Source: Alphaproteobacteria bacterium (GTDB taxonomy: Bacteria; Pseudomonadota; Alphaproteobacteria; UBA828). Taken from it: a stretch of DNA of 64,000 bases. The DNA is taken from NCBI GenBank assembly GCA_963667785.2, contig CAXXMU010000002.1, positions 832,001 through 896,000 of the forward strand. The letters are read 5' to 3'. The notes under the pieces were generated by a model. That model had not been told where the DNA came from and did no database searches. It saw only the letters and a program-made list of their open reading frames with translations. The translations under genes were made by a program, and so were the position numbers. Positions 30,164-39,990 of this stretch are shown here, one piece after another. Positions within the stretch are counted from its first letter, which is position 1; every line of letters starts with the position of its first letter.

Positions 30164-31709
30164 ATGTTGATGACCGGCGACGACTACCGCGAATCCCTGA
30201 GGCGGCTTTCGCCGCGCGTCTATGTGGAGGGCGACGAGGTGGCGTCGGTCGCCGACGAGCCGCGCTTCGCGCCGGGCGTCGCGTCGCTCGCACTCACCTA
30301 CGACTTCGCGCTGGACGAGCGCCACCGGCACACCATGGCTGCGGTCGAGGAGAGCACCGGCGCAGACGTCAACCGCTTCCTCCACATCAACCGTTCGACC
30401 ACCGACCAGCTCCACAAGCTGGAGGCGGTGCGCCTCGTCTGCCAATACACCGGCTGCGCCCAGCGCTATCTGACCCAGGACGGTCTCAACGCCATCCACC
30501 AGGCGACCTGGCGCATAGATCAGGAGACGGGCGGCACCCTGCACGAGCGCTTCCTCGCCTATCTCCACCGGGTGCAGGCGGAAGACCTCACCCTCGGCGT
30601 CGCCATGACCGACGGAAAGGGCGACCGCTCGCGCCGCCCCCACGCCCAGGCGGTGCGCGATTCGTACGTCCATATCGCCAGGCGCCGGCCCGATGGCATC
30701 GTCATCCGGGGCGCCAAGGCCATCGTCACCGCCGCGCCCTACGTCCACGAGTACCTGGTCATGCCGTGCCGCAACATGACGGAGGACGACAAGGACTTCG
30801 CCGTCTGCTGCGCGGTGCCGGTGGATGCCGCAGGCGTCACCGTCGTTGCCCGCCCGGCGGGCCGGCCGGGGGAGAAGGCGGCCACCTTCAGCGCCCGCTA
30901 CGGCCAGTCCACCGGCGTGGTGATCTTCGACGACGTGTTCGTGCCGTGGGAGCGCGTGTTCCTCGCCGGCGAATGGGAGCATTCGCAGTTCCTGACCCAG
31001 GCCTATGCGACCCATCACCGCCATTCCTGCATCGGCGCGCGCGCGGGCTTCGGCGACCTGCTGATCGGCGCCGGGGTGCTGATGGCCGAGGCCAACGGGC
31101 TCGAGGTGGAAGGCACCTCCCACCTGCGCGACCGCATGGTGGAGCTGATCAAGATCGTCGAGGGCTTCTATGCCTGCGGCGTCGCGAGCTCGGTCTACGC
31201 GCGTGCCGACGGCTCCGGCTGCGTCGAGCCCGACCGCGTCTTCGCCAACATCGGCAAGCTGCTGCTGTCCACGCAGATCTACGACATGCACCGCATCGCC
31301 CACGAGGTCTCGGGCGGGCTCGTGGTCGCCCCTGCCGGGGCCGGACGAGGACCACAATCCGGCGACCGCCGGCTCGCTATCCGAGATGCTGAAGGGGCGC
31401 GACGACCTGCCCTACGGCGAGCGCATGGAGGTCGCGCGCCTGATCGAGGATCTCACCGCGTCCGGCACCGCCGGCTGGTACTCGGTCATCAGCCTGCACG
31501 GCGGCGGCTCGCCGCAGGCGACGGGTCTCGAGATCTTCCGCAGCTATCCGATTGAGGACAAGGTGGCGCTGGTCGAGAAGCTGCTCGAGCGGGGCGTGCT
31601 CGCCGACGAAAGCGGCGAGAGTCGCGACCGCCAACCGGGCCGATGCTGCCCCATCGGCTGCAAGGAGCCGGAGGAAGCCCCGGCGCCGCCGCGGCGCGCC
31701 CGCAACTGA
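30164..31709 (+). pseudogene. 4-hydroxybutyryl-CoA dehydratase / HpaB family protein, frameshifted near 31330
   Basis: MLMTGDDYRESL, AMTDGKGDRS, GAKAIVT, IFDDVFVPWERVF; removing one C from CCCC 31329-31332 joins the downstream frame containing LHGGGSPQA; may be an assembly error. Confidence 0.8.
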
Positions 31710-31751
31710 ACGACCGATACGTAATTCACACCGTCACAGGGGAAAGAGACC

Positions 31752-32241
31752 ATGTCAGTGGAGCAACGTCTTCAGCGTCTGGAAGATATCGAGGCCATCA
31801 AGCAGCTCATCGCCCGCTACATGACGGCGGCGGATCACAATGGCGATCCGGCGATGATGGCGCCCTGCTTCACCGAGGACGCGGTCTGGAACTGCGAGGG
31901 GATCGGGCGCTTTGAGACCCGGGACGCCATCGTGGACGGCCTGCGCAAGACCTCCACCAAGACGCTCTCCTGGGCGCTGCACTACGCGACCCAGCCGATC
32001 ATCGAGGTGGCGGACGACCGGCCAGAGCGCTACCGGCGAGTACTATCTGTGGGAGCTGGCCAAGGCGGTGCAGGAAGACGGCAGCCCGGACCAGGACACC
32101 TGGATCGGCGGCTGGTACGAATCCAAGTTCCGCAAGGAAGGCGGCGACTGGAAGTTCAGTCACATCGAGCTGATCCTCAAGCTGCTCAGCCCCGCCAACG
32201 CGTCCTCGTGGGAGACCCCGATCCCGCCCTGGAAGGGCTGA
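31752..32241 (+). pseudogene. SnoaL/NTF2-like protein, frameshifted near 32018
   Basis: RLEDIEAIKQLIARY; extra C (GACCGGCCAG vs paralog GACGGCCAG) splits it; C-terminal half lies in ORF 31912-32241. Confidence 0.8.
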
Positions 32242-32260
32242 GGTCACGCGGGAGGCGCCC

Positions 32261-32752
32261 GTGGACATCGCGCAGCGGCTGCGGCGCCTCGAGGACATCG
32301 AGGCGATCAACCAGCTCATCGCGCGCTATGCCAAGGCGGTCGATCACAACGGCGATCCGGCGCTCGTCGCACCGCTCTTCACCGAGGACGCGGTGTGGCA
32401 CTGCGAGGGCATCGGCCACTGGGAGACTCGGGAAGGGATAGTCCGCGACATTCGCCCCAACTGCACCACCTTCATGCCCTGGGCCATCCACTACATGACC
32501 CAGCCGGCGGTGGAGGTGGCGGCCGACGGCCAGAGCGCCACCGCCAACCACTATCTCTGGGAGCTCGGCAAGGTGACGCCGGAGGGCGGCGGGCCGACCG
32601 AGGACACCTGGATCGGCGGCTGGTACGATTCGCGCTGCCGCAAGGAGGACGGCGCCTGGAAGTTCGCCCGCATCGACCTCACGCTGAAGCTCTTCAGCCC
32701 GGCCTCGAGCCCTTCCTGGAAGACGCGGATCGCCCCCTGGTCGCCGGCATAG
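32261..32752 (+). CDS. SnoaL/NTF2-like protein (BaiE/LinA-like)
   Basis: RLEDIEAINQLIARY, FTEDAVW, WAIHY, GGWY, DGAWKF. Confidence 0.88.
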   Translation: MDIAQRLRRLEDIEAINQLIARYAKAVDHNGDPALVAPLFTEDAVWHCEGIGHWETREGIVRDIRPNCTTFMPWAIHYMTQPAVEVAADGQSATANHYLWELGKVTPEGGGPTEDTWIGGWYDSRCRKEDGAWKFARIDLTLKLFSPASSPSWKTRIAPWSPA

Positions 32753-32779
32753 CCGGCAGACGACTTACCTCGGCCGCCC

Positions 32780-33376
32780 TCAGTCGAGGATGTCGACGAA
32801 TCCGGGGAGCGCCCGCATCCGGCCGAGCCACGCTTCGACGGCGCCGTATCCCTTCAGACTTATGTCGCCGTCGCCGCACTGCGCGATCGCGGGGAACGCG
32901 GCCACGTCGGCGACCGTCGGATGATCCAGCGCGATCCAGTCGCGATCCGACAGGCGGTCGTCGTAGAGCGTGAGAGCGATGTCGCTGCGCTCGTTCACCG
33001 TCCCGGCATTGACGCAGAGCCAGGGAAAGAGCTTCGCGAGCCGCGCGTCGTAGGGCCCGAGGCGGATCTCGTAGGCAGCGGCCGACAGCCAGCCGTTGAC
33101 GGTCGCCTCCTGATCGGGATCGCGCGGCATCCACGAGTCGTCGCCGTACTTGCGCGCGATCCATACCAGGATGGCCTGCGAATCGCGGAGCACCAGCGAG
33201 CCCTCCGTCATCACCGGTAGCTGACCGAACGGATTCAGCGCGAGAAACTCCGGAGTCTTGTGCTCGTTCTCGAGCAGGTCGATGGGCTCGCGTCGATAGT
33301 CGACCCCGAGCAGCGACAGCAGCAGCCGCACCTTGTAGCAATTGAGAGCGAGCGGCATGTCGTAGAGCGTGATCAT
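32780..33376 (-). CDS. glutathione S-transferase
   Basis: NCYKVRLLL, LNPFGQLP, RDSQAIL, TVADVA. Confidence 0.9.
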   Translation of the reverse strand: MITLYDMPLALNCYKVRLLLSLLGVDYRREPIDLLENEHKTPEFLALNPFGQLPVMTEGSLVLRDSQAILVWIARKYGDDSWMPRDPDQEATVNGWLSAAAYEIRLGPYDARLAKLFPWLCVNAGTVNERSDIALTLYDDRLSDRDWIALDHPTVADVAAFPAIAQCGDGDISLKGYGAVEAWLGRMRALPGFVDILD

Positions 33377-33438
33377 TGCGGGCCTCGATCGTTCAGCACC
33401 CAGGTCACATCCTGCGCCGCCTCGTCCTGCGGCGCACG

Positions 33439-34203
33439 CTACTTCGGCGCCATCCGCAACGCGCCGTCGAAGCGGATCACCGAGCCGTTCATGAAGGTGT
33501 TCTCGGCGATGTGCACGGCGAGCGCGCCATATTCCTCGGCGGAGCCGAGGCGCCTGGGATAGACCGTCGTCTCGAGCAGCGACTCCTTCACCGGCTCCGA
33601 AAGCCCCGCCATCATGGGCGTGTCCATCAGCCCCGGCGCGATGCAGTTCACGCGAATCCCGTCGCGGGCGAGCTCGCGCGCGAGCGGGATCGTCATCGCC
33701 GCGACGCCGCCCTTCGACGCCGCGTAGTCGAGCTGCCCGATCTGGCCTTCGAAGGCGGCGACCGAGGCGGTGGTGACGATGCAGCCGCGCTCGCCGTCCG
33801 CCAGCGGCTCCATGGCGGCCATGTCGGCGGCGGCCAGCCGGCACGAGTTGATCGTGCCGATCAGGTTGACGCGGATCGCGCGGGTGAGCTTCTCCAGCGG
33901 GCTCGCGTTGCCGTCGCGGCCCACCAGCTTGGCGCCGGGCGCGATGCCGGCGCAGGCGACCATGATGCGCGCGGGCCCCAGCGCCTCGCGTACCTGGGCG
34001 CAGGCAGCCTCGTGGCTCGCCGCATCGACCACGTCGCAGGCCGCCGCCGCGCCGCCGATCTCGGCCGCAACCGACCGCGCCAGCTCCTCGTTCATGTCGA
34101 GGATGCCGACCCTGGCGCCGGCGGCCGCGAGCGCGCGTGCCGTCGCCTCGCCGAGCCCCGACGCGCCGCCGGTGACGATCGCCGTCTGCCCGCTGATGTC
34201 CAT
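33439..34203 (-). CDS. SDR oxidoreductase, 3-hydroxyacyl-CoA dehydrogenase type 2-like
   Basis: TGGASGLG, TASVAAFEGQIGQ, YAASKGG. Confidence 0.9.
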   Translation of the reverse strand: MDISGQTAIVTGGASGLGEATARALAAAGARVGILDMNEELARSVAAEIGGAAAACDVVDAASHEAACAQVREALGPARIMVACAGIAPGAKLVGRDGNASPLEKLTRAIRVNLIGTINSCRLAAADMAAMEPLADGERGCIVTTASVAAFEGQIGQLDYAASKGGVAAMTIPLARELARDGIRVNCIAPGLMDTPMMAGLSEPVKESLLETTVYPRRLGSAEEYGALAVHIAENTFMNGSVIRFDGALRMAPK

Positions 34204-34280
34204 GTCCCGCTCCTTGCGTGATGCGGGCGCCTACATAGCAAACCGCCGGCCCCTGCAAAAGGCGAAGGCCCGTTGCCGCC

Positions 34281-35198
34281 TCATGCGCCGGCTCTGCCGG
34301 GGCGGCGGCGGGCGAGGTAGGCCTCGCGGCGGGCGATGTAGACGGCGCTGGCGACGATGAAGACCGCGCCGACCCAGGTCCAGATGCCGGGAAACTCGCC
34401 GAACGCGAACCAGCCGATCATCACCGCGAAGGGGAGGCGCGTGAAGTCGAGCGGGACCACCGCCGTCGCCTCCATGATCGAGAGCGCGCGCGCCATCGAG
34501 AAGTGCGCGAGCGTCAGCACGCAGCCGATGCCGAGCAGCCAGCCGAGCTGCTCCAGGGTCGGCGTCTCCCACCACCAGAGCGCCGGGCCGAGCGAGAGCG
34601 GCGTCATGATCAGGTTCATGTAGAAGACGATGGCGAGCGGCGATTCGGTGCGTACCAGCATGCGCACCAGCGCCATCGAGACGGCGAAGAGCAGCGCCGC
34701 GAAGATCGCCAGCAGGCCGCCGACCGAAAGGGTTTCCGCCCCCGGCTGCAGCACGATCAGAACGCCGGCGAAGCCCACGACGGTGGCGATCCAGCGGCGC
34801 GCCCCCACCCGCTCACCCAGCATCAGTATGGCGACCGGAATCATCCAGAGCGAGACCGTGAAGTTGAGGGTGATGGCCTCCGCGAGCGGCGTCATCTGCA
34901 GCGCCGAGTACCAGGCCCACATGGCGAAGACGCCGATGCCCGCGCGGACCGCGAAGAGGCGGAAGCGTCGCAGGTCGAAGCTGCCGAAGCCGCTCCGGGC
35001 CATGAAGGGCACCAGGATCAGGGTGCCGATGGCGTTGCGGATGAAGGCGATCTCGAACACCGGAATCTCCGCCGAGACGTGGCGGATCGCCGCCGACATG
35101 CCGGCGAAGCAGGCGCAGGTGAAGACCATCAGGAGGACGCCTTCCCAGGTACGTCCCGCGATGCGGCTGCCCGCTCGTTCCAGGAATCCGGTGCTCAT
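34281..35198 (-). CDS. DMT/EamA family transporter
   Basis: About 10 TM segments, LGERVGARRW, GWFAFGE. Confidence 0.9.
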   Translation of the reverse strand: MSTGFLERAGSRIAGRTWEGVLLMVFTCACFAGMSAAIRHVSAEIPVFEIAFIRNAIGTLILVPFMARSGFGSFDLRRFRLFAVRAGIGVFAMWAWYSALQMTPLAEAITLNFTVSLWMIPVAILMLGERVGARRWIATVVGFAGVLIVLQPGAETLSVGGLLAIFAALLFAVSMALVRMLVRTESPLAIVFYMNLIMTPLSLGPALWWWETPTLEQLGWLLGIGCVLTLAHFSMARALSIMEATAVVPLDFTRLPFAVMIGWFAFGEFPGIWTWVGAVFIVASAVYIARREAYLARRRPGRAGA

Positions 35199-35412
35199 GG
35201 CGGGCGGCCTGCTCCCCGTCGCCGCCCGCCCGGCGCCGCGTGGACGGACTCAGGCGGCGGATGCGCTTGCGCGCTCCACCATGCCATAGTGCCGGGGCGC
35301 TGGCATGCCCGGCTCCGCGGGCACGCGCGCCGCGCCCGTCTCCTCGCCCTCTCCGGCCCGCGTCGGAGTCCCGGCCCGTCAACCGTGTCTCAACCCACGC
35401 GAATAGCCGTCG

Positions 35413-36645
35413 ATGATCCTCCCGCGCCGCCTGACCGAGCTCCTCGGCGATCCCCGCTACCTGCGCCTCTGGCTCATCGGCGTCTTCAGCATGGGCGCGC
35501 GCTGGCTGGAGATGCTGGTGGTCGGCGTCTTCGCCGTCGAGACGACGGGATCGCCGGTGCTGGTGGCGCTGCTGGTCATCCTGCGCATGCTGCCGCTCGC
35601 CGTGTTCGGCTCCATCGTCGGCACCGTCGCCGATCACATGGCCCCGCGGCGGCTCCTCCATCTCGGGCTGCTGCTGGCGATGCTGGTCTCGCTCACGGTC
35701 CTCGGCCTCGCGCTTTCCGGCATCGCCACCTACTGGCAGATCGCGCTTGCGACCTTCCTCTCCGGCTTGGTCTGGACCACGGACATGCCGGTGCGGCGGC
35801 GGCTGGTCGGCGATGTCGCCGGGCCGGGCCGGATCGCCGCCGGCATGAGCCTCGACAGCGCCACCAGCAACGCGATGCGCCTGATCGGTCCGCTCTTCGG
35901 CGGCCTGCTCTACCACTGGCTCGGCCTCGCCGGCGCGTTCGGGCTGGCGGCGGCTCTCTACACGCTCTGCCTGGCGCTCACGCCGGGCCTGCCGGCGGCA
36001 TTCCTCGCCCAGGATGCCGTGCGCCGCCCCGCCCGGCTGCTCGGCGATCTCGGCGAGGGCTTCCGCTACCTGATGCGGGAGCCCGAGGTCCGCCGCATCC
36101 TGTGGGTCACGGTGATCTTCAACATCTGGGGCTTCCCCTTCGTCGCCATGATCCCGGTGATCGGCACGGAGAGCCTTGGCCTGGATGCCGCCGCCATCGG
36201 CGGGCTCGCCGCGATGGAAGGCGGCGGCGCCTTCGCCGGCGCGCTGCTGATCGCGACGCTGGGCGCTCGGCCCGGCTCCTATCGTCGCCTCTACTTCTTC
36301 GGCACCGCGAGCTACTGCGCCCTCGCCTTCGTCGCCGGCTGGATGACCGGGACGGTCCCAATGGCACTGGTGATCTTCTGCGCAGGGCTCGGCGCGGCCG
36401 GGTTCTCGACCATGCAGACCACGCTGATCTACGGAATCGCGCCGCCGGAGATGCGCGGCCGCCTGCTGGGCATCCTCTCGCTCACCATCGGCGCCGGCGT
36501 CATCGGATTCACCAACATCGGCCTCATGGGGGAGCTCTTCGGCGGCGCCAATGCCGTGCGCATCGTGGCGGCCGAGGGACTGGTCGCCCTGGTCGTTCTC
36601 GGCCTGCGCTGGCCCCGGCTCTGGCGTGACGAGGGTCGCGTGTGA
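35413..36645 (+). CDS. MFS transporter
   Basis: About 12 TM segments, GTVADHMAPRR motif-A-like loop, PEMRGR. Confidence 0.88.
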   Translation: MILPRRLTELLGDPRYLRLWLIGVFSMGARWLEMLVVGVFAVETTGSPVLVALLVILRMLPLAVFGSIVGTVADHMAPRRLLHLGLLLAMLVSLTVLGLALSGIATYWQIALATFLSGLVWTTDMPVRRRLVGDVAGPGRIAAGMSLDSATSNAMRLIGPLFGGLLYHWLGLAGAFGLAAALYTLCLALTPGLPAAFLAQDAVRRPARLLGDLGEGFRYLMREPEVRRILWVTVIFNIWGFPFVAMIPVIGTESLGLDAAAIGGLAAMEGGGAFAGALLIATLGARPGSYRRLYFFGTASYCALAFVAGWMTGTVPMALVIFCAGLGAAGFSTMQTTLIYGIAPPEMRGRLLGILSLTIGAGVIGFTNIGLMGELFGGANAVRIVAAEGLVALVVLGLRWPRLWRDEGRV

Positions 36646-36733
36646 CCGTTGCAGAGAACGATGCGATGGTCGTATGGTTCGGGCACCCGCCGCGTCCGCG
36701 CCGGGCAGGAAGTGCACGTGGAGCGAGACCGCG

Positions 36734-37069
36734 ATGAACATCGAGGAACGGACCGGCGACTCGGCAGTCATCGTGTCCCTGGACGGCCGGCTGGACGGAA
36801 CCACCGCGCCGGACGTCGAGAAGCAGGTTTCCGCCATCGTGGACCGCGGCGACGTCCGCATCGTGCTGGACTGCGACAGGATGAGCTACGTCAGCAGCGC
36901 CGGCCTGCGCGTGCTGCTCCTCTGTGCCCGGAAATGCCAGCAGGGCGGCGGCAAGCTGGCCATCGCGGGCCTGCAGCCGGAATGCCTGTCGGTATTGGAG
37001 ATGAGCGGATTTCACAAGATCATCGAGTGCCACGAGACGAGCGAGACCGCGCTCGCCGCCGTCTCGTGA
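36734..37069 (+). CDS. STAS-domain anti-sigma factor antagonist
   Basis: GRLD, YVSSAGLRVLL, EMSGF. Confidence 0.9.
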   Translation: MNIEERTGDSAVIVSLDGRLDGTTAPDVEKQVSAIVDRGDVRIVLDCDRMSYVSSAGLRVLLLCARKCQQGGGKLAIAGLQPECLSVLEMSGFHKIIECHETSETALAAVS

Positions 37070-37118
37070 GGCCCGGCCGCCGCCGCCGGCCCTCTTCTCG
37101 TCGTCCGGAGTCGATTCC

Positions 37119-37787
37119 ATGCTGACGTTCCACGAAGAGATCATGGTGCTCCTTCTCCATGACGAGAACGGCACCTTCCTGCCGGTGAGCGAGCACACGC
37201 TCAACCGCGCTCTGACGGGCGCGGTGCTCATGGACCTGGCGTTCGCCAACAGGATCGATACCGATCCAGAGCGGCTGGTCGTCATCGATACCACGCCGAC
37301 CGGCGATCCCCTGCTCGATCGCATACTGGCCCGCATCGCCGCCGAGACGGGCAGCGCCGACAGCAGGACGTGGATCGAGACCCTGTCCGCCGAGGAGGCG
37401 TCCTCGGAGCAGGCGGGAACGATCCGGATGGCCGCGCTCGACCGGCTCGTGGAGCGCGGCGTTCTGGAACGCCGGGAAGAGAAGTTCCTGTGGGTCTTCC
37501 GCGCCCGGCGCTATCCGACGATCGACGGGAAGGTCGAGCAGGAGGCGAAGAAGCGCATCGCGGACGTGCTCTTCTCCGAAGAGATCCCGGACCCGAGGGA
37601 CGTCGCTCTCATCTGTCTCGTCGACAGCTGCAACATCCTGCAGACCATCTTCTCGAAGCGGGAGATCGACCGGGTCGAGCCGCGCATCGAGCAGATCCGC
37701 AAGATGGACCTGATCGGGCGCGAGATGGCCGGCGCCATCGCCGACATCGAGCGGGCCATCGCCATCGCGGCGGCGCACACCTTCTGA
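37119..37787 (+). CDS. GPP34/GOLPH3 family protein
   Basis: LTFHEEIMVLLL, GAVLMDLA, TGDPLLD, LVERGVL, FLWVF..RRYP. Confidence 0.8.
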   Translation: MLTFHEEIMVLLLHDENGTFLPVSEHTLNRALTGAVLMDLAFANRIDTDPERLVVIDTTPTGDPLLDRILARIAAETGSADSRTWIETLSAEEASSEQAGTIRMAALDRLVERGVLERREEKFLWVFRARRYPTIDGKVEQEAKKRIADVLFSEEIPDPRDVALICLVDSCNILQTIFSKREIDRVEPRIEQIRKMDLIGREMAGAIADIERAIAIAAAHTF

Positions 37788-37815
37788 CGCTTTCTGACAG
37801 TCCCGGACGGCAGCA

Positions 37816-37947
37816 AGAGCGTATCCGTCTTTGACGGATACGCGACAGGCCGCGACCGCGGCCCGCCGCTTATGCGGCGCCCTCGCGGAGGCGCCGGCAG
37901 GCGCGCGGAATCGCGCGACGGCCGGCTGCCGTGAGCAATAAAGAGGC
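37816..37947. repeat. palindromic interspersed repeat (type B), partial copy
   Basis: AGAGCGTATCCGTCTTTGACGGATACGCG...AAAGAGGC, near-identical to 41242-41356. Confidence 0.85.
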
Positions 37948-37951
37948 GTCG

Positions 37952-38542
37952 TCAGTCGTCAGACGGCGCGGGGCGGCGGCCGAGCCCGCCCTGCCAGCGC
38001 GCGGCCGATTCCTGCCGCAGACCGAACTGGTCGAGCACGCGCGCGACGGTGTAGTCGACCATCGCGTCGATGGACCGGGGCTCGTTGTAGAAGGCCGGCA
38101 CCGGCGGCAGGATGCTCACCCCGAGCCGCGCCAGCTTGAGCATGTTCTCGAGGTGGATGGCGCTCAGCGGCGTCTCACGCACCATGAGGACGAGCGGCCG
38201 GCGCTCCTTGATCATCACGTCGGCCGCGCGGTGGATCAGGTTCTCGCTGAGCCCGGAGGCGATGGCGGCCAGGCTCCGCGCCGAGCAGGGCGCGACCGCC
38301 ATGCCGTCGATCGCAGCCGAGCCCGACGACATGAGCGCCGCCATGTCGCCCGGCCCGTAGTGACGATCGGCGAGCGCGTGAACCTCGTCGAGGCCCATGC
38401 CGGTCTCGTGCTCGAGGGTGTGCCGTCCCCACTTGCTGACGATCAGATGGGTCTCGACCGGCGTCACCGCCAGCGCCTCCAGCAGGCGGACGCCGTAGAC
38501 TGCGCCGCTCGCGCCGGTGATGCCGACGACGAGGCTCTTCAC
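37952..38542 (-). CDS. ubiX: flavin prenyltransferase
   Basis: VVGITGASGAVYG, SSGS, APCS, RAADV..KERR, RETPL, PPVPAFY. Confidence 0.93.
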   Translation of the reverse strand: MKSLVVGITGASGAVYGVRLLEALAVTPVETHLIVSKWGRHTLEHETGMGLDEVHALADRHYGPGDMAALMSSGSAAIDGMAVAPCSARSLAAIASGLSENLIHRAADVMIKERRPLVLMVRETPLSAIHLENMLKLARLGVSILPPVPAFYNEPRSIDAMVDYTVARVLDQFGLRQESAARWQGGLGRRPAPSDD

Positions 38543-38546
38543 CGCC

Positions 38547-39269
38547 CTAGCGCTCCGCGCTCGCGAGCCAGAGCGCGAGGAAGCGCCCGAGCCACGCGTG
38601 CACCGCCCGGTGATACCGCGCGTGGTTCGCGCGCTGCTCCGCCACGGTCTGCGCGCCCCGGCGCCCCAGGTCCTCGGCCGGCGGGTCGCGGTCGAGCCAG
38701 CGCGAGAGCACCGCGTCGTCGACCTCGGGGTGGAACTGCAGCCCCCAGGTCGTCTCCCCGTAGCGGAACGCCTGGTTCTCGAACACGTCGCGCCGCACGA
38801 GGTGACGCGCGCCCGCCGGCAGGGTGAACGCCTCGCCGTGACGATGTGCCACGGTGAGCGGCGCGTCGAGGGCGAGATCGTCGGCCGCGCCGTCCAGCGG
38901 CTCCACCGGGTAGTAGCCGAACTCGTAGAGCCCGTCGGGATCGGGCCCCACAGTGGCGCCGAGGGTCCGCGCCACCATCTGGCTGCCGAGGCAGATGCCG
39001 AGCATCGGCACACCCGCCGCCATGACGCGGGGAATCCAGTCCAGCTCCGCCCGCACGTAGTCGACATGGTCGTCGTTGGCGCTCTGCGGCCCGCCGAAGC
39101 TGACGACGCCCGCCAGCGAGTCCACGCCGTCCGGGAACGGCTCTCCCTTGTTGGCCCGGACGATCCGGGATCGCCGCCCGAGCGCGGCGAGCAGAGACGG
39201 CACGGCACCGGCGTCGATGGCGGTGACGTGGGTCACGAGCACCACGGGTGCCTCTGGGTCTGCGCTCAT
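38547..39269 (-). CDS. class I glutamine amidotransferase-like protein
   Basis: GGPQSAND, GICLGSQ, LQFHPE. Confidence 0.9.
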   Translation of the reverse strand: MSADPEAPVVLVTHVTAIDAGAVPSLLAALGRRSRIVRANKGEPFPDGVDSLAGVVSFGGPQSANDDHVDYVRAELDWIPRVMAAGVPMLGICLGSQMVARTLGATVGPDPDGLYEFGYYPVEPLDGAADDLALDAPLTVAHRHGEAFTLPAGARHLVRRDVFENQAFRYGETTWGLQFHPEVDDAVLSRWLDRDPPAEDLGRRGAQTVAEQRANHARYHRAVHAWLGRFLALWLASAER

Positions 39270-39288
39270 CCGCTCGTGCCTGCGGCGA

Positions 39289-39990
39289 TCACGTGGCGAC
39301 GAGAACGCCGTTCTCGAGCGCGAAGCGCCGGTCCATGCGCTCGGCGAGCGCCGTGTTGTGGGTCGCGACGAGCGCGGCGAGGCCGCTCACGCGCACGATA
39401 TCGAGGAGGGCGGCGAACACCGAGTCCGCGGTCTCGTGGTCGAGGTTGCCGGTCGGCTCGTCGGCCAGCAGCACCGCGGGCTCGTTGGCGATGGCGCGCG
39501 CGATGGCGACGCGCTGCTGCTCGCCGCCCGAGAGGCGGGAGGGCCGATGGCTCGCGCGCGCTTCGAGACCGAGGCGCGCGAGGAGCGCCTGTGCCCGCTC
39601 GCGCGCCGCGCGCCGGGAGCGGCCCGCGATCATCTGCGGCAGGATCACGTTCTCCAGCGCCGAGAACTCGGCCAGCAGGTGGTGAAACTGATAGACGAAG
39701 CCGAGCCGCTCACGCCGCACCCGGGTCCTGCGGCGATCGGGCAGCCCATCGCAGCGCTCGCCCGCGATGGCGATCTCGCCGGCATGAGGGCGCTCCAGCA
39801 GCCCGGCGATCTGGAGCAGGGTCGACTTGCCCGCGCCGGACGGCCCCACCAGGGCCACCATCTCGCCCGGCCCGACCGAGAGCGAGGCGCCCTTCAGCAC
39901 CTCGATGGCGCTGCCCGCCTGATGGAAGGTGTGCGCCACCCCGCGCAGCTCGAGCGCGGGCGCGCCGCCGGGTGCGGCCGGGTCACTCAT
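39289..39990 (-). CDS. lolD: lipoprotein-releasing ABC transporter ATPase
   Basis: [35 protein letters not shown]. Confidence 0.93.
   Translation of the reverse strand: MSDPAAPGGAPALELRGVAHTFHQAGSAIEVLKGASLSVGPGEMVALVGPSGAGKSTLLQIAGLLERPHAGEIAIAGERCDGLPDRRRTRVRRERLGFVYQFHHLLAEFSALENVILPQMIAGRSRRAARERAQALLARLGLEARASHRPSRLSGGEQQRVAIARAIANEPAVLLADEPTGNLDHETADSVFAALLDIVRVSGLAALVATHNTALAERMDRRFALENGVLVAT

Noticed and set aside
31320-31340. Programmed ribosomal frameshift
   Set aside because: No slippery heptamer; an extra base in a C run explains it more simply
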